Shown: positions 48,510-58,866, counted from the stretch's first letter. The stretch: 64,000 bases of DNA from Bacteroidota bacterium (GCA_037131955.1 JBAXQC010000003.1:9928-73927); one strand, 5' to 3'. Made by a program: numbers and translations. The notes: generated by a model from the sequence alone, not told the origin.

Positions 48510-49256
48510 ATGTTGTCAAACATGGAAATTGCCACGAACAAAGAACGCAAATGGTATTTAATTTTATTTTTTCCAATTGTGTTTGTTGCTATAATTTTAC
48601 TGGTAAAGCTTATTGAGATAGGTTCAGATATAAACTTTTACGAATATGGAATTTATCCCAGAAGAATTAGGGGATTAGTGGGGATTTTCTTTGCTCCAAT
48701 TTTACACGGAGATTTTTCTCATATAATTTCAAATGCTATTCCTTTATTGGTATTGGGTGGAGGTTTGTTTTATTACTTTAAAGATTTAGGGTATAAAGTT
48801 TTTTTTTCTATATATTTTGCAACAGGCTTGTGGGTTTGGGTTGCCGCTCGGCCAAGCTATCATATTGGTGCAAGCGGCGTGGTTTATGGCCTTGTAACAT
48901 TTTTTATTTTAAGTGCAATACTAAGAAAGAATAAACATCTTTTATTTTTTTCGTTTTTGGTAATTTTCTTGTACGGTAGTTTAATATGGGGTATTTTCCC
49001 TCTTAAAGCACAAATTTCTTGGGAAAGCCATTTAATGGGGGGAATAGCGGGATTGTTTATGGCTTGGTATTACAGAAAAATAGGAATTCAAAAAGAAAAA
49101 TATTCTTGGGAGATAAATCCTGCTAGTGATGATGAAATTGATTTTGATTGGAGCGGAAATCCTAATTCGTTAGAAGAAGATTCAAAAGAAATAATAAAAA
49201 CAGAAAACGATCCAATAAAGATTGTTTATCATATAAGAGGTGAAAGCGATAAGTGA
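48510..49256 (+). CDS. rhomboid-family intramembrane serine protease
   Basis: HGDFSH.ISN, catalytic HIGASGVVYG (GxSG) and downstream SHLMGGIAG (His). Six TM helices. Confidence 0.8.
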   Translation: MLSNMEIATNKERKWYLILFFPIVFVAIILLVKLIEIGSDINFYEYGIYPRRIRGLVGIFFAPILHGDFSHIISNAIPLLVLGGGLFYYFKDLGYKVFFSIYFATGLWVWVAARPSYHIGASGVVYGLVTFFILSAILRKNKHLLFFSFLVIFLYGSLIWGIFPLKAQISWESHLMGGIAGLFMAWYYRKIGIQKEKYSWEINPASDDEIDFDWSGNPNSLEEDSKEIIKTENDPIKIVYHIRGESDK

Positions 49257-49262
49257 TTGATT

Positions 49263-50858
49263 TTAATTATCCACAAAATACATATCAATCATTCCTTTGT
49301 TTTTAGCATCAACTTTTCCTCGATGACTAAAAGTGAAATCCTTTTTAACTAATTCATAAGTAGAACTCGAAATATTTATTTTTCCGGGCAAGCTGTTCTG
49401 TTCCATTCTTGCAGCAGTATTCACAGTGTCACCCCAAATGTCGTATGCAAATTTTTTAACTCCCACAATTCCTGCTACCACAGGTCCACTGTGAACTCCT
49501 ATTCTAATTCCCGCTTTATTCTCAGATCTTGTGCCAAAAACCGAATCAGTGGAGTTCATGAAGTTTACTATATCTTTCGCTGCATTAATAATCGATACAG
49601 CATGATTTTTATTTTCATTAGGTAGTCCACTTACAGCCAGGTAAGCATCTCCAATTGTTTTGATTTTTTCGAGATTATGTTTTTCAATTATTGTATCAAA
49701 TGCTTTAAAACATTTATCTATTTCTTCAACAAGTTCCTTTGGACTTAACTTTTCGCTTATTCCAGTAAAGTTCACAAAATCGGTAAATAGAACACTAACG
49801 TTTTCGTATTGACGTGCCTCTGAATTTCCATTTTGCTTTAATTCGTTTGCTATTTCAACAGGTAAAATATTATGTAATAAATCTTCAGTTTTTTGTTTTT
49901 CTTTTTCTAGCTTGTGATTGCTGATATTTAATTTTCTATTGTATTTTTTTTGATTATTGTAGTTTCTATAAATTAAGAAAACTGAAATTAAAAGAAGTAT
50001 GAAACCAATAACAAAACCATTTCTTTGAATGTTTTTAAGTTCTATTTCTTTTTTTTGATTTAAAATTTTTACTTGTTGAATTTTCTTTTCTCTATCAGTG
50101 ACCAATAGTTTTGCTTCAGAAATTTGCTTTTGTTGTTCAACTATCCTAAGTTGTTTTTCTTTTTCTTTTTTTTCGGCAGTTTCTTTTAAAAGAGCCATCT
50201 TCTGAAGTTCTTTTTGTTTGTTAGATATTTCTAACTCTTGTTCTTTAATTGTTAATTCTTGACTTTTCTTTTGAAGTTTTTCATTGCTCAATTGTTCTTT
50301 GATAATTAATTGTGTTTCCTTTTTTTTGAAATCACTTTTCATTTCATTTTTCACCTTTTCATTTTGGAGCACACTGTCTTTAAGTGAAATATTGTTTTTT
50401 ACGTCTTTTTGATATTCTGATGCTTTTGGAAAATAAGAAAGTTTTGAATAAACCTTGGCCATGTCATCGGTAACTAATGCAATACCTCTTTTATAGTTGA
50501 GTTCTTCATAAATTTCTTTTGCTTTTTCAAAATTTTGAGATGCTTCGGGATACCTAAACCGTGAATAACAATTTAAACCTTTGGCATGGAATCCTTTTGC
50601 CAAGTATAATTTGTTGTTTAGTTGAATTGCAAGTTCAATGAGTTTTTCTGCTAATTTTGTTCCTTCTTCTGGATTGAGCTTTTGTGATATTAATGATTGT
50701 GTTTCTAAATTTTTTAATTGAGTGGTATCAGAATTATTCTGAATATTCAAAACTATAAATTTGTTTTTTGAACTAGAATTTTCAACACCTAATAATAGAA
50801 AAACACAAAACGAGAATATTATTATCACTAAATTTTTTATGTGATTGTTGGGTATCAT
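49263..50858 (-). CDS. class III adenylate/guanylate cyclase with N-terminal extracytoplasmic TPR region, coiled coil and single TM
   Basis: Catalytic domain VSVLFTDFVNFTGISE...KIKTIGDAYLAVSGLP...IRIGVHSGPVVAGIVG.KKFAYDIWGDTVNTAARME. TM GFVIGFILLLISVFLIY. K/E/Q-rich coiled coil before it. Confidence 0.8.
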   Translation of the reverse strand: MIPNNHIKNLVIIIFSFCVFLLLGVENSSSKNKFIVLNIQNNSDTTQLKNLETQSLISQKLNPEEGTKLAEKLIELAIQLNNKLYLAKGFHAKGLNCYSRFRYPEASQNFEKAKEIYEELNYKRGIALVTDDMAKVYSKLSYFPKASEYQKDVKNNISLKDSVLQNEKVKNEMKSDFKKKETQLIIKEQLSNEKLQKKSQELTIKEQELEISNKQKELQKMALLKETAEKKEKEKQLRIVEQQKQISEAKLLVTDREKKIQQVKILNQKKEIELKNIQRNGFVIGFILLLISVFLIYRNYNNQKKYNRKLNISNHKLEKEKQKTEDLLHNILPVEIANELKQNGNSEARQYENVSVLFTDFVNFTGISEKLSPKELVEEIDKCFKAFDTIIEKHNLEKIKTIGDAYLAVSGLPNENKNHAVSIINAAKDIVNFMNSTDSVFGTRSENKAGIRIGVHSGPVVAGIVGVKKFAYDIWGDTVNTAARMEQNSLPGKINISSSTYELVKKDFTFSHRGKVDAKNKGMIDMYFVDN

Positions 50859-50866
50859 TTTTTTAT

Positions 50867-51487
50867 CTATTCCAAAGTTTTAAGTCCTTCTAATGCAGTT
50901 TCGTCGTTTGGATAAAAAATGAGTGCTTTACTATAATATTCCTTTGCTTCTATGTTCTTTTTTAGTTTTTCTTTGGTTAGTGCTAAAATTATTACAGTAT
51001 CATAATTAAATGGATAGAGACCATAAACTTTTTCAAAATACTTTTCGGCGTTGTTATAATCATTTCTATTAAAATAGATTAGTCCCACAAAATAGTTTAC
51101 CGTGGAGTTTTTATCATCTATTTTTAAAATTTCTAAATACTGTTCTAATACCTTATCCCAATAGGCCAATGCAGATGCTGGCAGTACATATCCCAATCTA
51201 CTCTCTATTGAATTTGGTTTTAATTGTATGGCAATGTTGTAGTATTTTTGAGATTTTTCATAACTTGCAGAATAATAGTATAGCCAACCTAATCGGACAT
51301 TTACTTCGTAAAATTTAGCATCATATACTTGCATTAAATCGGCGATTGCTTTGGAATAATCTTTATTCCCTTCGCTTATGTAACTATTTGCAAAAGCTTG
51401 AGGTATAGAAATTTTGTTTTGTGAAAATACACTTTGCGAAGTAAGCAGAATAAGAAGGCAAAATAATTTCAAACTACATTTTGTCAT
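50867..51487 (-). CDS. secreted tetratricopeptide-repeat protein
   Basis: Signal peptide, then about 4 TPR units (YEKSQKYYNIAIQLKPN, YNNAEKYFEKVYGLYPFN, AKEYYSKALIFYPND). Ends 8 nt before the cyclase start. Confidence 0.65.
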   Translation of the reverse strand: MTKCSLKLFCLLILLTSQSVFSQNKISIPQAFANSYISEGNKDYSKAIADLMQVYDAKFYEVNVRLGWLYYYSASYEKSQKYYNIAIQLKPNSIESRLGYVLPASALAYWDKVLEQYLEILKIDDKNSTVNYFVGLIYFNRNDYNNAEKYFEKVYGLYPFNYDTVIILALTKEKLKKNIEAKEYYSKALIFYPNDETALEGLKTLE

Positions 51488-51659
51488 TTTATTAATTTTA
51501 TTTTTGATAAATCTACTGCAAAAAAATTTCTTTTAATTCTAAAACTCATATGAAATAGTTGCAAAAAATAATAGTTATTATTTCTATATTATTAGTTTGT
51601 AAAAATTACTTACTTAGTAAAGCAATAAAAAATTTTATAGTTTTATAAAAGAATAAACT

Positions 51660-52382
51660 ATGGAAAAATACATTTACTTCTTTCTTTTGGCTTTTGTTGC
51701 CGAAGTTATTGGCACAATAAGTGGTTTTGGTTCCTCTATTTTATTTGTGCCACTAGCCTCCATGTTTTTTGATTTTAAGGCAGTGTTGGCAATTACTGCT
51801 GTTTTTCATGTGTTCAGTAATTTATCTAAAATATATTTGTTTAAAACAGGAATTCAAAAGGACATAGTATTAAAATTAGGAATACCAGCAGTAGTTTTTG
51901 TAATAATTGGTGCTTTATTAACCAATATTATACCACAAAAAGAAATTGAATTAGTGATGAATATTGTTTTGGTTTTATTGTCAGTTTTTTTAATTTTTAA
52001 TACTGAAAAAAAATTGGAGCAGAGCAATAAAAATTTAATTGTAGGAGGTGTTTCATCTGGCTTTTTAGCTGGTTTGGTTGGCACAGGTGGTGCAATTAGA
52101 GGATTGGTTTTGGCAGCATTTAGTTTAGAGAAAGATTCTTTTTTAGCCACTTCTGCACTCATAGATTTAGGCGTTGATTTTAGTAGAGCTATAGTATATA
52201 TTTCTAGTGGTTATTTTTTAAAAGAGTTCTTGATTTTTATTCCATTTTTAATTTTAATAAGTATCGCAGGATCTTACATTGGCAAGTTAGTATTGAACAA
52301 AATGCCACAAACGTATTTTCGAAATATTGTTCTAATTGTTATTGTTTCAATTTCAATTTATTCAATCAGTAAATACTTTTAA
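51660..52382 (+). CDS. TauE/SafE-family (sulfite exporter-like) membrane protein
   Basis: About 8 TM helices with an internal duplication and G-rich helix starts (GTISGFGSS, GLVGTGGAIRG). Confidence 0.7.
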   Translation: MEKYIYFFLLAFVAEVIGTISGFGSSILFVPLASMFFDFKAVLAITAVFHVFSNLSKIYLFKTGIQKDIVLKLGIPAVVFVIIGALLTNIIPQKEIELVMNIVLVLLSVFLIFNTEKKLEQSNKNLIVGGVSSGFLAGLVGTGGAIRGLVLAAFSLEKDSFLATSALIDLGVDFSRAIVYISSGYFLKEFLIFIPFLILISIAGSYIGKLVLNKMPQTYFRNIVLIVIVSISIYSISKYF

Positions 52383-53641
52383 TTTATGTGTTTTTTGTTT
52401 TTTTCCTCTATCCACTTCGCCATGTATTTTGTGCTTTGCATGCTTTGGTAATTTAATATTGCACCCAAAAAATTTCTTCTTCTTGTTTCTTCTAAATTTG
52501 CTAAGCAATAATTTATTTTAGAAATAAAATTGGGCAGGTATTTTTCCTTGTTAAATTTTTTATTTATGATAGTAAAACCTTTTTGTTGTGCACCGCTCCA
52601 AGTGTTTTCGTTGTTGTATAATTCTATTGCTGCATTTGCAATTTCGGTTGCGTTGTTTACTAAAAATCCACTCCATTCATTGTTTTCTATCATTCCTTCT
52701 GCACCAATACTGGTGGTAACATTTGGCGTGCCGTTTTGCATGGCTGTAATAAGTTTTCCTTTGAGTCCGGCTCCAAATCTTAGAGGTGCCAAACAAACTC
52801 TTGCATTTTGCATTTCAAAATTTGCATCATCAGCCTTTGATTTTATTATAAATCCTTCTTTTTTATTATTCATTGCAAGTATCGATTCCATTGCATAGGC
52901 GCCAAAAACATGAAGCTCTGCATCTGGTAATTTTTTTCTTATCAGAGGCCAAATTTCATTCTTTAAAAATTCAATACTGTCTTTATTAGGGTTATGTAAA
53001 AAGTTACCTATGCTAATAAAATTACTTCTTTCAGAATATTTGGGTAAAAGTTCAATTATTTTATTGTCGATTTCATTTTCTAGAAATGGCAAGTAATGCA
53101 ATAAGTCTGCTGAAATATTAAAACTATTATTCAATAATTTAAATTCATATTCCGAAATAATTAAGGAAACATCACATCTAAGAATGCTTACTATTTCTCT
53201 TTTGGCAACATCTGTATAAAGATTTAATTCTGAAGAATTTTTCACGGCATGCTCTCTAGCTTTTCTTAAAAAATGTAAATCTTCTGTATCTAAAATTTTT
53301 AATGCTTGTGGGCAATTTTCTGTAACTCTCCATCCATATTGTTCTTCGGTAATGTACCTGTCAAACATCACAATTGTTGGATTTATTTCTTTAACAATTT
53401 TATCAAAACTAGAATTATTTAGTTCAATATTTATTTTTACTATAGATTCTTTTTCAAAGTCAATTGAGTTTAAACTATCGTTGGCAGCACTGGCAAAAAA
53501 AATTTCATAACCTTCGTTTTTAAAACCATTTATTAGTTGCATCATACGCCATCCCGCAGCCGAAGATTGAGGTTCTGGCCAAACACTGCCAACTATAAAA
53601 ATATTTTTTTTCTTAATGATATGTGTAGAATGTTCTTTCAA
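52379..53641 (-). CDS. GT-B fold glycosyltransferase (family not resolved)
   Basis: N-terminal IFIVGSVWPEPQSSAAGWRM, C-terminal APLRFGAGLKGKLITAMQNGTPNVTTSIGAEGM resembles the Glycos_transf_1 sugar-donor site. TTG start. The 3' end overlaps the convergent TauE gene by 4 nt. Confidence 0.6.
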   Translation of the reverse strand: MKEHSTHIIKKKNIFIVGSVWPEPQSSAAGWRMMQLINGFKNEGYEIFFASAANDSLNSIDFEKESIVKINIELNNSSFDKIVKEINPTIVMFDRYITEEQYGWRVTENCPQALKILDTEDLHFLRKAREHAVKNSSELNLYTDVAKREIVSILRCDVSLIISEYEFKLLNNSFNISADLLHYLPFLENEIDNKIIELLPKYSERSNFISIGNFLHNPNKDSIEFLKNEIWPLIRKKLPDAELHVFGAYAMESILAMNNKKEGFIIKSKADDANFEMQNARVCLAPLRFGAGLKGKLITAMQNGTPNVTTSIGAEGMIENNEWSGFLVNNATEIANAAIELYNNENTWSGAQQKGFTIINKKFNKEKYLPNFISKINYCLANLEETRRRNFLGAILNYQSMQSTKYMAKWIEEKNKKHIN

Positions 53642-53688
53642 TGATTTAGTAGGATTAAATTTAAAAAAGTAATGATGTGTAAGTTAAA

Positions 53689-54789
53689 TCATTTTCCTCT
53701 GCCTACTTCAATACTCTCATTATTTCCAAGTGCAATACCTTTGCTGTTATCGTTGTTAATAATTTTAATTTCTGCACCAGTAAGTTCATTAATACCTGTT
53801 ACTAAAAGTGCTGTTAAATCTGATCCTCTTAATTCTTTTTCATTTTCTTCTGGATTATCTGTTTGAATAGATTTTTTTGCAACATTTTTTATTTTTGTAA
53901 ACAATAATTCTTTTGGACTTAGAAAATTATTTTGTTGCTCAGTTTCATTTTCAATTGTATTTTTAATTGGCATTGGAATATTTATAGCATCGCTGCCTTT
54001 TGCTAACTCTATTTTATTAGATGGAGTAAATATTATGGAGGCAAATTTCATTTCAAGTGTTGGTAAAATTTGTCGTTCTATTCTAGTTGCTCTCTCAATT
54101 TTTGGCTCGAATTTAATGGTTGATTTTGCATTAAATTTTTCTTGTGCTATGTCATCATTTTTAACAGTTGATAAAATTTTAACTTTAGATTCAACTTCAA
54201 TTGAAGGTTTAATTTCCTTGGATGTATTGTGAGACTTAGCTAAAGCTATCTCAGTACTATTTGAATTTTTATTTTCATTATCATAAAATTTAAACGCAAA
54301 TCCAATTGCAAGAATTATAATAGCTGCAATTGCAATTCTATTGTAATAATAATACTTCGAGATTTCTTTTCGGTATAAACTATCCTTTAAAGGAAATTTA
54401 AGTGAGAGGTCGGCTATTAGTTTAGTTTTTTTAAAAATTTCTAATTCGTTTTTTGCTTCAGGAAAAAATAGAAAATAATTATCTAAATCGTTTTCTTGTG
54501 GAGGATTTAAATTATTTTCTAATTTACTAACAAGAAACTCAGAAATATTATTTTTATTTATTTCTCCTTGGTAATTCTTTTTTAGTTTTTCTTTTTCAGG
54601 ATAACTATCTAAGCTTTTTAGCCTACTTAAAGTTGATTGAGAAATAGCATAAAAATCATCTTTTATTGAAGGATGCAAATCTAAAAAAGCCAATAGATTA
54701 TCAACCTCCAAACTAGTTAGGTTTCCATCTAGATAATCAATAATATATATTTCGTAGTTCTCTAAATTTATCATTTTATTACAAAACAT
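53689..54789 (-). CDS. putative anti-sigma factor (single-pass membrane protein)
   Basis: Immediately downstream of, and overlapping, an ECF sigma gene. Short N-terminal cytoplasmic helix region (YIIDYLDGNLTS..), central TM IAIAAIIILAIGFAF. No conserved zinc-finger motif seen. Confidence 0.45.
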   Translation of the reverse strand: MFCNKMINLENYEIYIIDYLDGNLTSLEVDNLLAFLDLHPSIKDDFYAISQSTLSRLKSLDSYPEKEKLKKNYQGEINKNNISEFLVSKLENNLNPPQENDLDNYFLFFPEAKNELEIFKKTKLIADLSLKFPLKDSLYRKEISKYYYYNRIAIAAIIILAIGFAFKFYDNENKNSNSTEIALAKSHNTSKEIKPSIEVESKVKILSTVKNDDIAQEKFNAKSTIKFEPKIERATRIERQILPTLEMKFASIIFTPSNKIELAKGSDAINIPMPIKNTIENETEQQNNFLSPKELLFTKIKNVAKKSIQTDNPEENEKELRGSDLTALLVTGINELTGAEIKIINNDNSKGIALGNNESIEVGRGK

Positions 54790-55264
54790 TTTCTAGAGTA
54801 ACAATAAATTCTTTTAATGTTACTCTCGCTCTATAGATGTAAACTTTAACTTGTGATTCCGAGAGGCCTGTTATCTCGCCAATTTGTTCATAAGAATAAC
54901 CTTCATAATCTCTTAACAGAATAACAGATTTTTGAATTTCGGGTAATTTAGAAAGTGCTTCATCCAAAATTCTCGATAGACCTTTATATGCACTGTCATT
55001 ACTCGAAGATTGAAATTTTACTTCTTTTAGTCCAACTTTTCTTTTTGCTTTATTAGTAAAATCAATAATCATGTGATACACTGTTGTAAATAGATATGAT
55101 TTTACTTTTTCGGAATTTACATTTTCTCTTTTTTCCCATAATTTGGTAAATGCTTCTTGTACAATATCTTTTGAGCCTTCATAGTTGTTGGTATTTTTAA
55201 GGGCAAACCTAAAAAGTCCATCAGAAAACTCATCAACTGCACTATTGTACTCTGTAACTGTCAT
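54779..55264 (-). CDS. ECF (group 4) RNA polymerase sigma factor
   Basis: Region 2 (DIVQEAFTKLWEKRE, YLFTTVYHMIIDF) and region 4 (YSYEQIGEITGLSESQVKVYIYRAR). Confidence 0.8.
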   Translation of the reverse strand: MTVTEYNSAVDEFSDGLFRFALKNTNNYEGSKDIVQEAFTKLWEKRENVNSEKVKSYLFTTVYHMIIDFTNKAKRKVGLKEVKFQSSSNDSAYKGLSRILDEALSKLPEIQKSVILLRDYEGYSYEQIGEITGLSESQVKVYIYRARVTLKEFIVTLENVL

Positions 55265-55447
55265 TCTTTTTGATGCATTTATTGTTGAGATAATTTTAAT
55301 GTAAATTAGTTACATCTGCAAAGCAAAAATAATATAAAAAACTGTAATTCAGCATTATAAAATCTAATTAAGTAATTATTTTTATTATATTTTAAACTAA
55401 TATGCCTAACTTGGCGCTCCAAATTAGTGTTATACAATAATTAATAA

Positions 55448-56653
55448 ATGAAAATAGGAATCATAAGAGAAGAAAAATTACCGGTAGATAAAAGAGTTCC
55501 GTTCTCTCCAGAACAGTGCGGTTATATAAAGGAATATTTTAAAAAAGAGTTAGTTGTTCAACCAAGTTTTCAGCGTTGTTTTACTAACGAGGAATACCTT
55601 GCCGCAGGAATAAAATTAATTGAAGATATCAGTGATTGTGATGTTTTATTTGGTGTTAAAGAAGTGCCTAAAGATTTATTGATCCCCAGTAAAAAATATT
55701 TTTTCTTTTCGCATACCATCAAAAAACAGCCACATAACGAGAAGTTAATGAAGGTTTTGATTGAGAAGAAAATTCAAATGGTAGATTATGAATGTTTAAC
55801 TGATGAAAACAACAATAGAATTATTGGCTTTGGGCATTATGCAGGAATAGTTGGTGCTTATAACGGAATTAGGGCTTACGGTTTACGTTACGGTTTATTC
55901 TACATTAAACCAGCCCACGATTGTTACGATAAAAATGAATTAAGAGATGAACTTAGAAAAGTTAGACTGCCAAATATTAAGATTATTGTAACTGGAAATG
56001 GAAGAGTGGCAAATGGAGCGATAGAACTTTTGGGTCTTTTAGGAATCAGAAGAATTACACCCTTTGAATTTACTCATTACTCGTTTAGAGAAGCTACTTA
56101 TTGCCAATTACACTCAAATAATTACAACGAACCTATTGATGGTTCGCCATGGAGCACCGAAAGATTTTACAAATATCCGGAGCAATTTAGATCTACATTT
56201 TTAAAGTATACAAGATATTGCGATTTGCTCATGCACTGTAGTTTTTGGAATCCAAAAGCACCAATATTATTTTCTAAGAAAGACATGCAATCGTCTGAAT
56301 TTAGAATTAATGTAATATCTGATATTTCTTGCGATATAAATGGTGCAGTTCCAAGCACACTAAAAGCATCTACCATTGATGAACCTTTTTACGGTTATAA
56401 TCCAATAACTGAAGAAATTGAAGATGCATTCAGCAATAGAGCAATAACAATGATGGCAGTAGATAATTTGCCTTGCGAATTGCCTAGAGATGCTTCTATG
56501 GATTTTGGAAAAGAATTGATTGAAAAAGTTTTACCAAATTTGTTCGTTAAAGACGAAACAAAATTAATAGAAAGAGCAAGTATTTGTAAAGATGGTGAGC
56601 TTACGCCTGCTTTTGATTATTTGGCAGATTATGCTGGTTTGATTAAAAGTTAG
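55448..56653 (+). CDS. alanine dehydrogenase/PNT-fold NAD-dependent dehydrogenase, probably saccharopine dehydrogenase (lysine-forming)-like
   Basis: MKIGIIREEK.P.DKRVPFSP.QC N-terminus and Rossmann motif VTGNGRVANGA. Specific activity not determinable by eye. Confidence 0.55.
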   Translation: MKIGIIREEKLPVDKRVPFSPEQCGYIKEYFKKELVVQPSFQRCFTNEEYLAAGIKLIEDISDCDVLFGVKEVPKDLLIPSKKYFFFSHTIKKQPHNEKLMKVLIEKKIQMVDYECLTDENNNRIIGFGHYAGIVGAYNGIRAYGLRYGLFYIKPAHDCYDKNELRDELRKVRLPNIKIIVTGNGRVANGAIELLGLLGIRRITPFEFTHYSFREATYCQLHSNNYNEPIDGSPWSTERFYKYPEQFRSTFLKYTRYCDLLMHCSFWNPKAPILFSKKDMQSSEFRINVISDISCDINGAVPSTLKASTIDEPFYGYNPITEEIEDAFSNRAITMMAVDNLPCELPRDASMDFGKELIEKVLPNLFVKDETKLIERASICKDGELTPAFDYLADYAGLIKS

Positions 56654-56663
56654 TAATTAATAT

Positions 56664-58061
56664 TTATTTGTAAATTCTCATTAAACTTCGCGACAATTTA
56701 GATTTTATATACAGCTTTAAATGTTGTGAAGCAGATAAATTTATTTGATTGCTTTTAGATTTTAATAATTTCATTTCATTGTTAATCCATCTTACAGCGT
56801 ATTGATAATATTTTTTTGAATATTCAGTTTTCAGTTTAATATCTCTGTCGGAACTACTGGCCCAATCTGGTGAATTTATGAATTCACTTTCGTTTTCTAA
56901 GTACAATTCAGTTCCTTTTATTGGATAAGCTGTTGTTATTGTAAAGTAATCGGGGTTAGATATTTTAAGATGATTTAAAGTTTCAATAATGTCGTATTCC
57001 TTTTCGCCAGGATAGCCTAGCATTATAAATGTGCCTGCTTCTATCCCATTTTTTCTAGTTTCAATTATCATCTCTCTCACCTGATTTACATCTACCCGTC
57101 TATCCATCAAATCAATAACTTTTTGAGAACCACTTTCTGCGCCAATCCATACCCGATAGCAACCAGATTGTTTTAGAAGTTTAATTACATCTTCATTCAT
57201 CCTATCTGCACGAGTAATGCATTCGTACTTTATTTTTACTTTTCTATTCGTAATTTCATTTGTAAATTCTAAAAGCCATTTGTGGCTAACTGTAAAAACA
57301 TCGTCCACAAACCAAATCGTATCAAACTTATATTGATTTTGAATCTTTTGTAATTCATCCACCACAAGTTTGGCATTTTTTCTGCGGTATGATTGGCCGT
57401 AAACCGCTCTACTGCACCACTTGCAAGTGTATGGACATCCCCTCATTGTACTCACTGAAATTGTGCTTGCTCCATGCTTTTCTTTCCATGCATTAAAATA
57501 CAATTGTAAATTTATTTTTTCTCTAGCAGGAGATGGAAGAGAATCCATGTCCAGCAATTTTTTCCTGTCTTCATTCTCTGTAATATTTCCATTTTCAATA
57601 AAGGATAAACCTTGAATAGTTTTGATAGTTTTATTTGCCCAAATATTAGAAATCAACTCATGAAATGTTTCTTCGCCTTCTCCTTTTACAATAAATTCAG
57701 CGCCGTTGTTGTGGAAATTTGTGGAATTGAATTTTACCTCCGGACCACCTAAAATTATTTTTGTATGAACTAATTTCGGTTCGTTTTTTATGGCATTAAT
57801 TAGTTTAAGAACATTTATTTTTGTCATTAAATTAGTATAAATGCCAATAAAATCTGGAGCATTATTTTTAATTAGTTCTATGTGTTTTTCAAAATCAATA
57901 AATGTAGAATCTATAACATCTGTAGCTATTTCTTTTTTTTCTAGATAGGCGGCTAAATATAATATTCCCAAAGGAGGATAAGGTTTCATTATTTTTGATT
58001 CCTTTTCGTCACTAGCTAAATAGTAAGCATGAGTAAGTAATACTTTTGGAGAGTTAATCAT
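56664..58061 (-). CDS. B12-binding-domain radical SAM enzyme (class B), copy 2
   Basis: N-terminal Rossmann-like region KPYPPLGILYLAAYLEKK. Radical SAM cluster motif RGCPYTCKWCS (CxxxCxxC). VWIGAESGS. Confidence 0.8.
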   Translation of the reverse strand: MINSPKVLLTHAYYLASDEKESKIMKPYPPLGILYLAAYLEKKEIATDVIDSTFIDFEKHIELIKNNAPDFIGIYTNLMTKINVLKLINAIKNEPKLVHTKIILGGPEVKFNSTNFHNNGAEFIVKGEGEETFHELISNIWANKTIKTIQGLSFIENGNITENEDRKKLLDMDSLPSPAREKINLQLYFNAWKEKHGASTISVSTMRGCPYTCKWCSRAVYGQSYRRKNAKLVVDELQKIQNQYKFDTIWFVDDVFTVSHKWLLEFTNEITNRKVKIKYECITRADRMNEDVIKLLKQSGCYRVWIGAESGSQKVIDLMDRRVDVNQVREMIIETRKNGIEAGTFIMLGYPGEKEYDIIETLNHLKISNPDYFTITTAYPIKGTELYLENESEFINSPDWASSSDRDIKLKTEYSKKYYQYAVRWINNEMKLLKSKSNQINLSASQHLKLYIKSKLSRSLMRIYK

Positions 58062-58866
58062 TTGTTGAAATATGAATTATAAAATGATCTGAATAATTAC
58101 TTAAAAATGAAAATTTGTTTATTAAGATTTCCATTTTTTTTAGTATGTTTAAAATTGTTTCTCTTGGCGCAAAAAATGATTCTAAATAGGATGGTGGTAT
58201 AAAAAAACCAATTGGATAGCTTGAAACAATTTTTAAATCATTTGGCAAACATTTTTTTATTTGTTGTTTAGAGTAAAATAGTGTTTCAATAGATTCGTGT
58301 TTTAATTTTGCATGTGTTATTTCATTGGTACTTCGTCTGTTTATTTTAGAGAACTTTAATTTGCTTAAAAAGTACAATTTCTCCATCAGGCAATGTTTTC
58401 CCATAAATACTAAAAAATAGTTTTTTTTATCCTTAAATTGATGCGAAGAATCTTTGAAAAACAATTTTAATTCTTGTTCTCTTATACAATTTAATCCTCC
58501 AAAATTCGAAAAAATTAAATCGAACTTGTTCTCTGAAATTTTAGAATCTATACTTCTTATATCTAAAGTTTTTGCATTACAATTAAATCCATTCTTTTTT
58601 AATTTTTCATTGGCTAATTCAACCATTTTTTCTGATACATCTGTGGGCAAAACAGAAATCTCTTTTTTATTTAAAAATAATGCATCTTCACCGGTACCAC
58701 AATTAACTTCTAATACTGACTTTATTTTTGCATATTTTATTAAGTTTGAAAGGTGAGTCCAAACAATTTCTCTTTGGGCTTTTCCAATTTTGGAGTAGGT
58801 AAAATTTTGGTCATAAATTAGAGCTTCACTATCAAAAGGAGATATATTAATGTTATTTGAATGCAT
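58054..58866 (-). CDS. class I SAM-dependent methyltransferase
   Basis: Motif I VLEVNCGTGEDALFL, acidic loop LPTDVSEKMV, motif FDLIFSNFGGLN. Confidence 0.7.
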   Translation of the reverse strand: MHSNNINISPFDSEALIYDQNFTYSKIGKAQREIVWTHLSNLIKYAKIKSVLEVNCGTGEDALFLNKKEISVLPTDVSEKMVELANEKLKKNGFNCNAKTLDIRSIDSKISENKFDLIFSNFGGLNCIREQELKLFFKDSSHQFKDKKNYFLVFMGKHCLMEKLYFLSKLKFSKINRRSTNEITHAKLKHESIETLFYSKQQIKKCLPNDLKIVSSYPIGFFIPPSYLESFFAPRETILNILKKMEILINKFSFLSNYSDHFIIHISTND

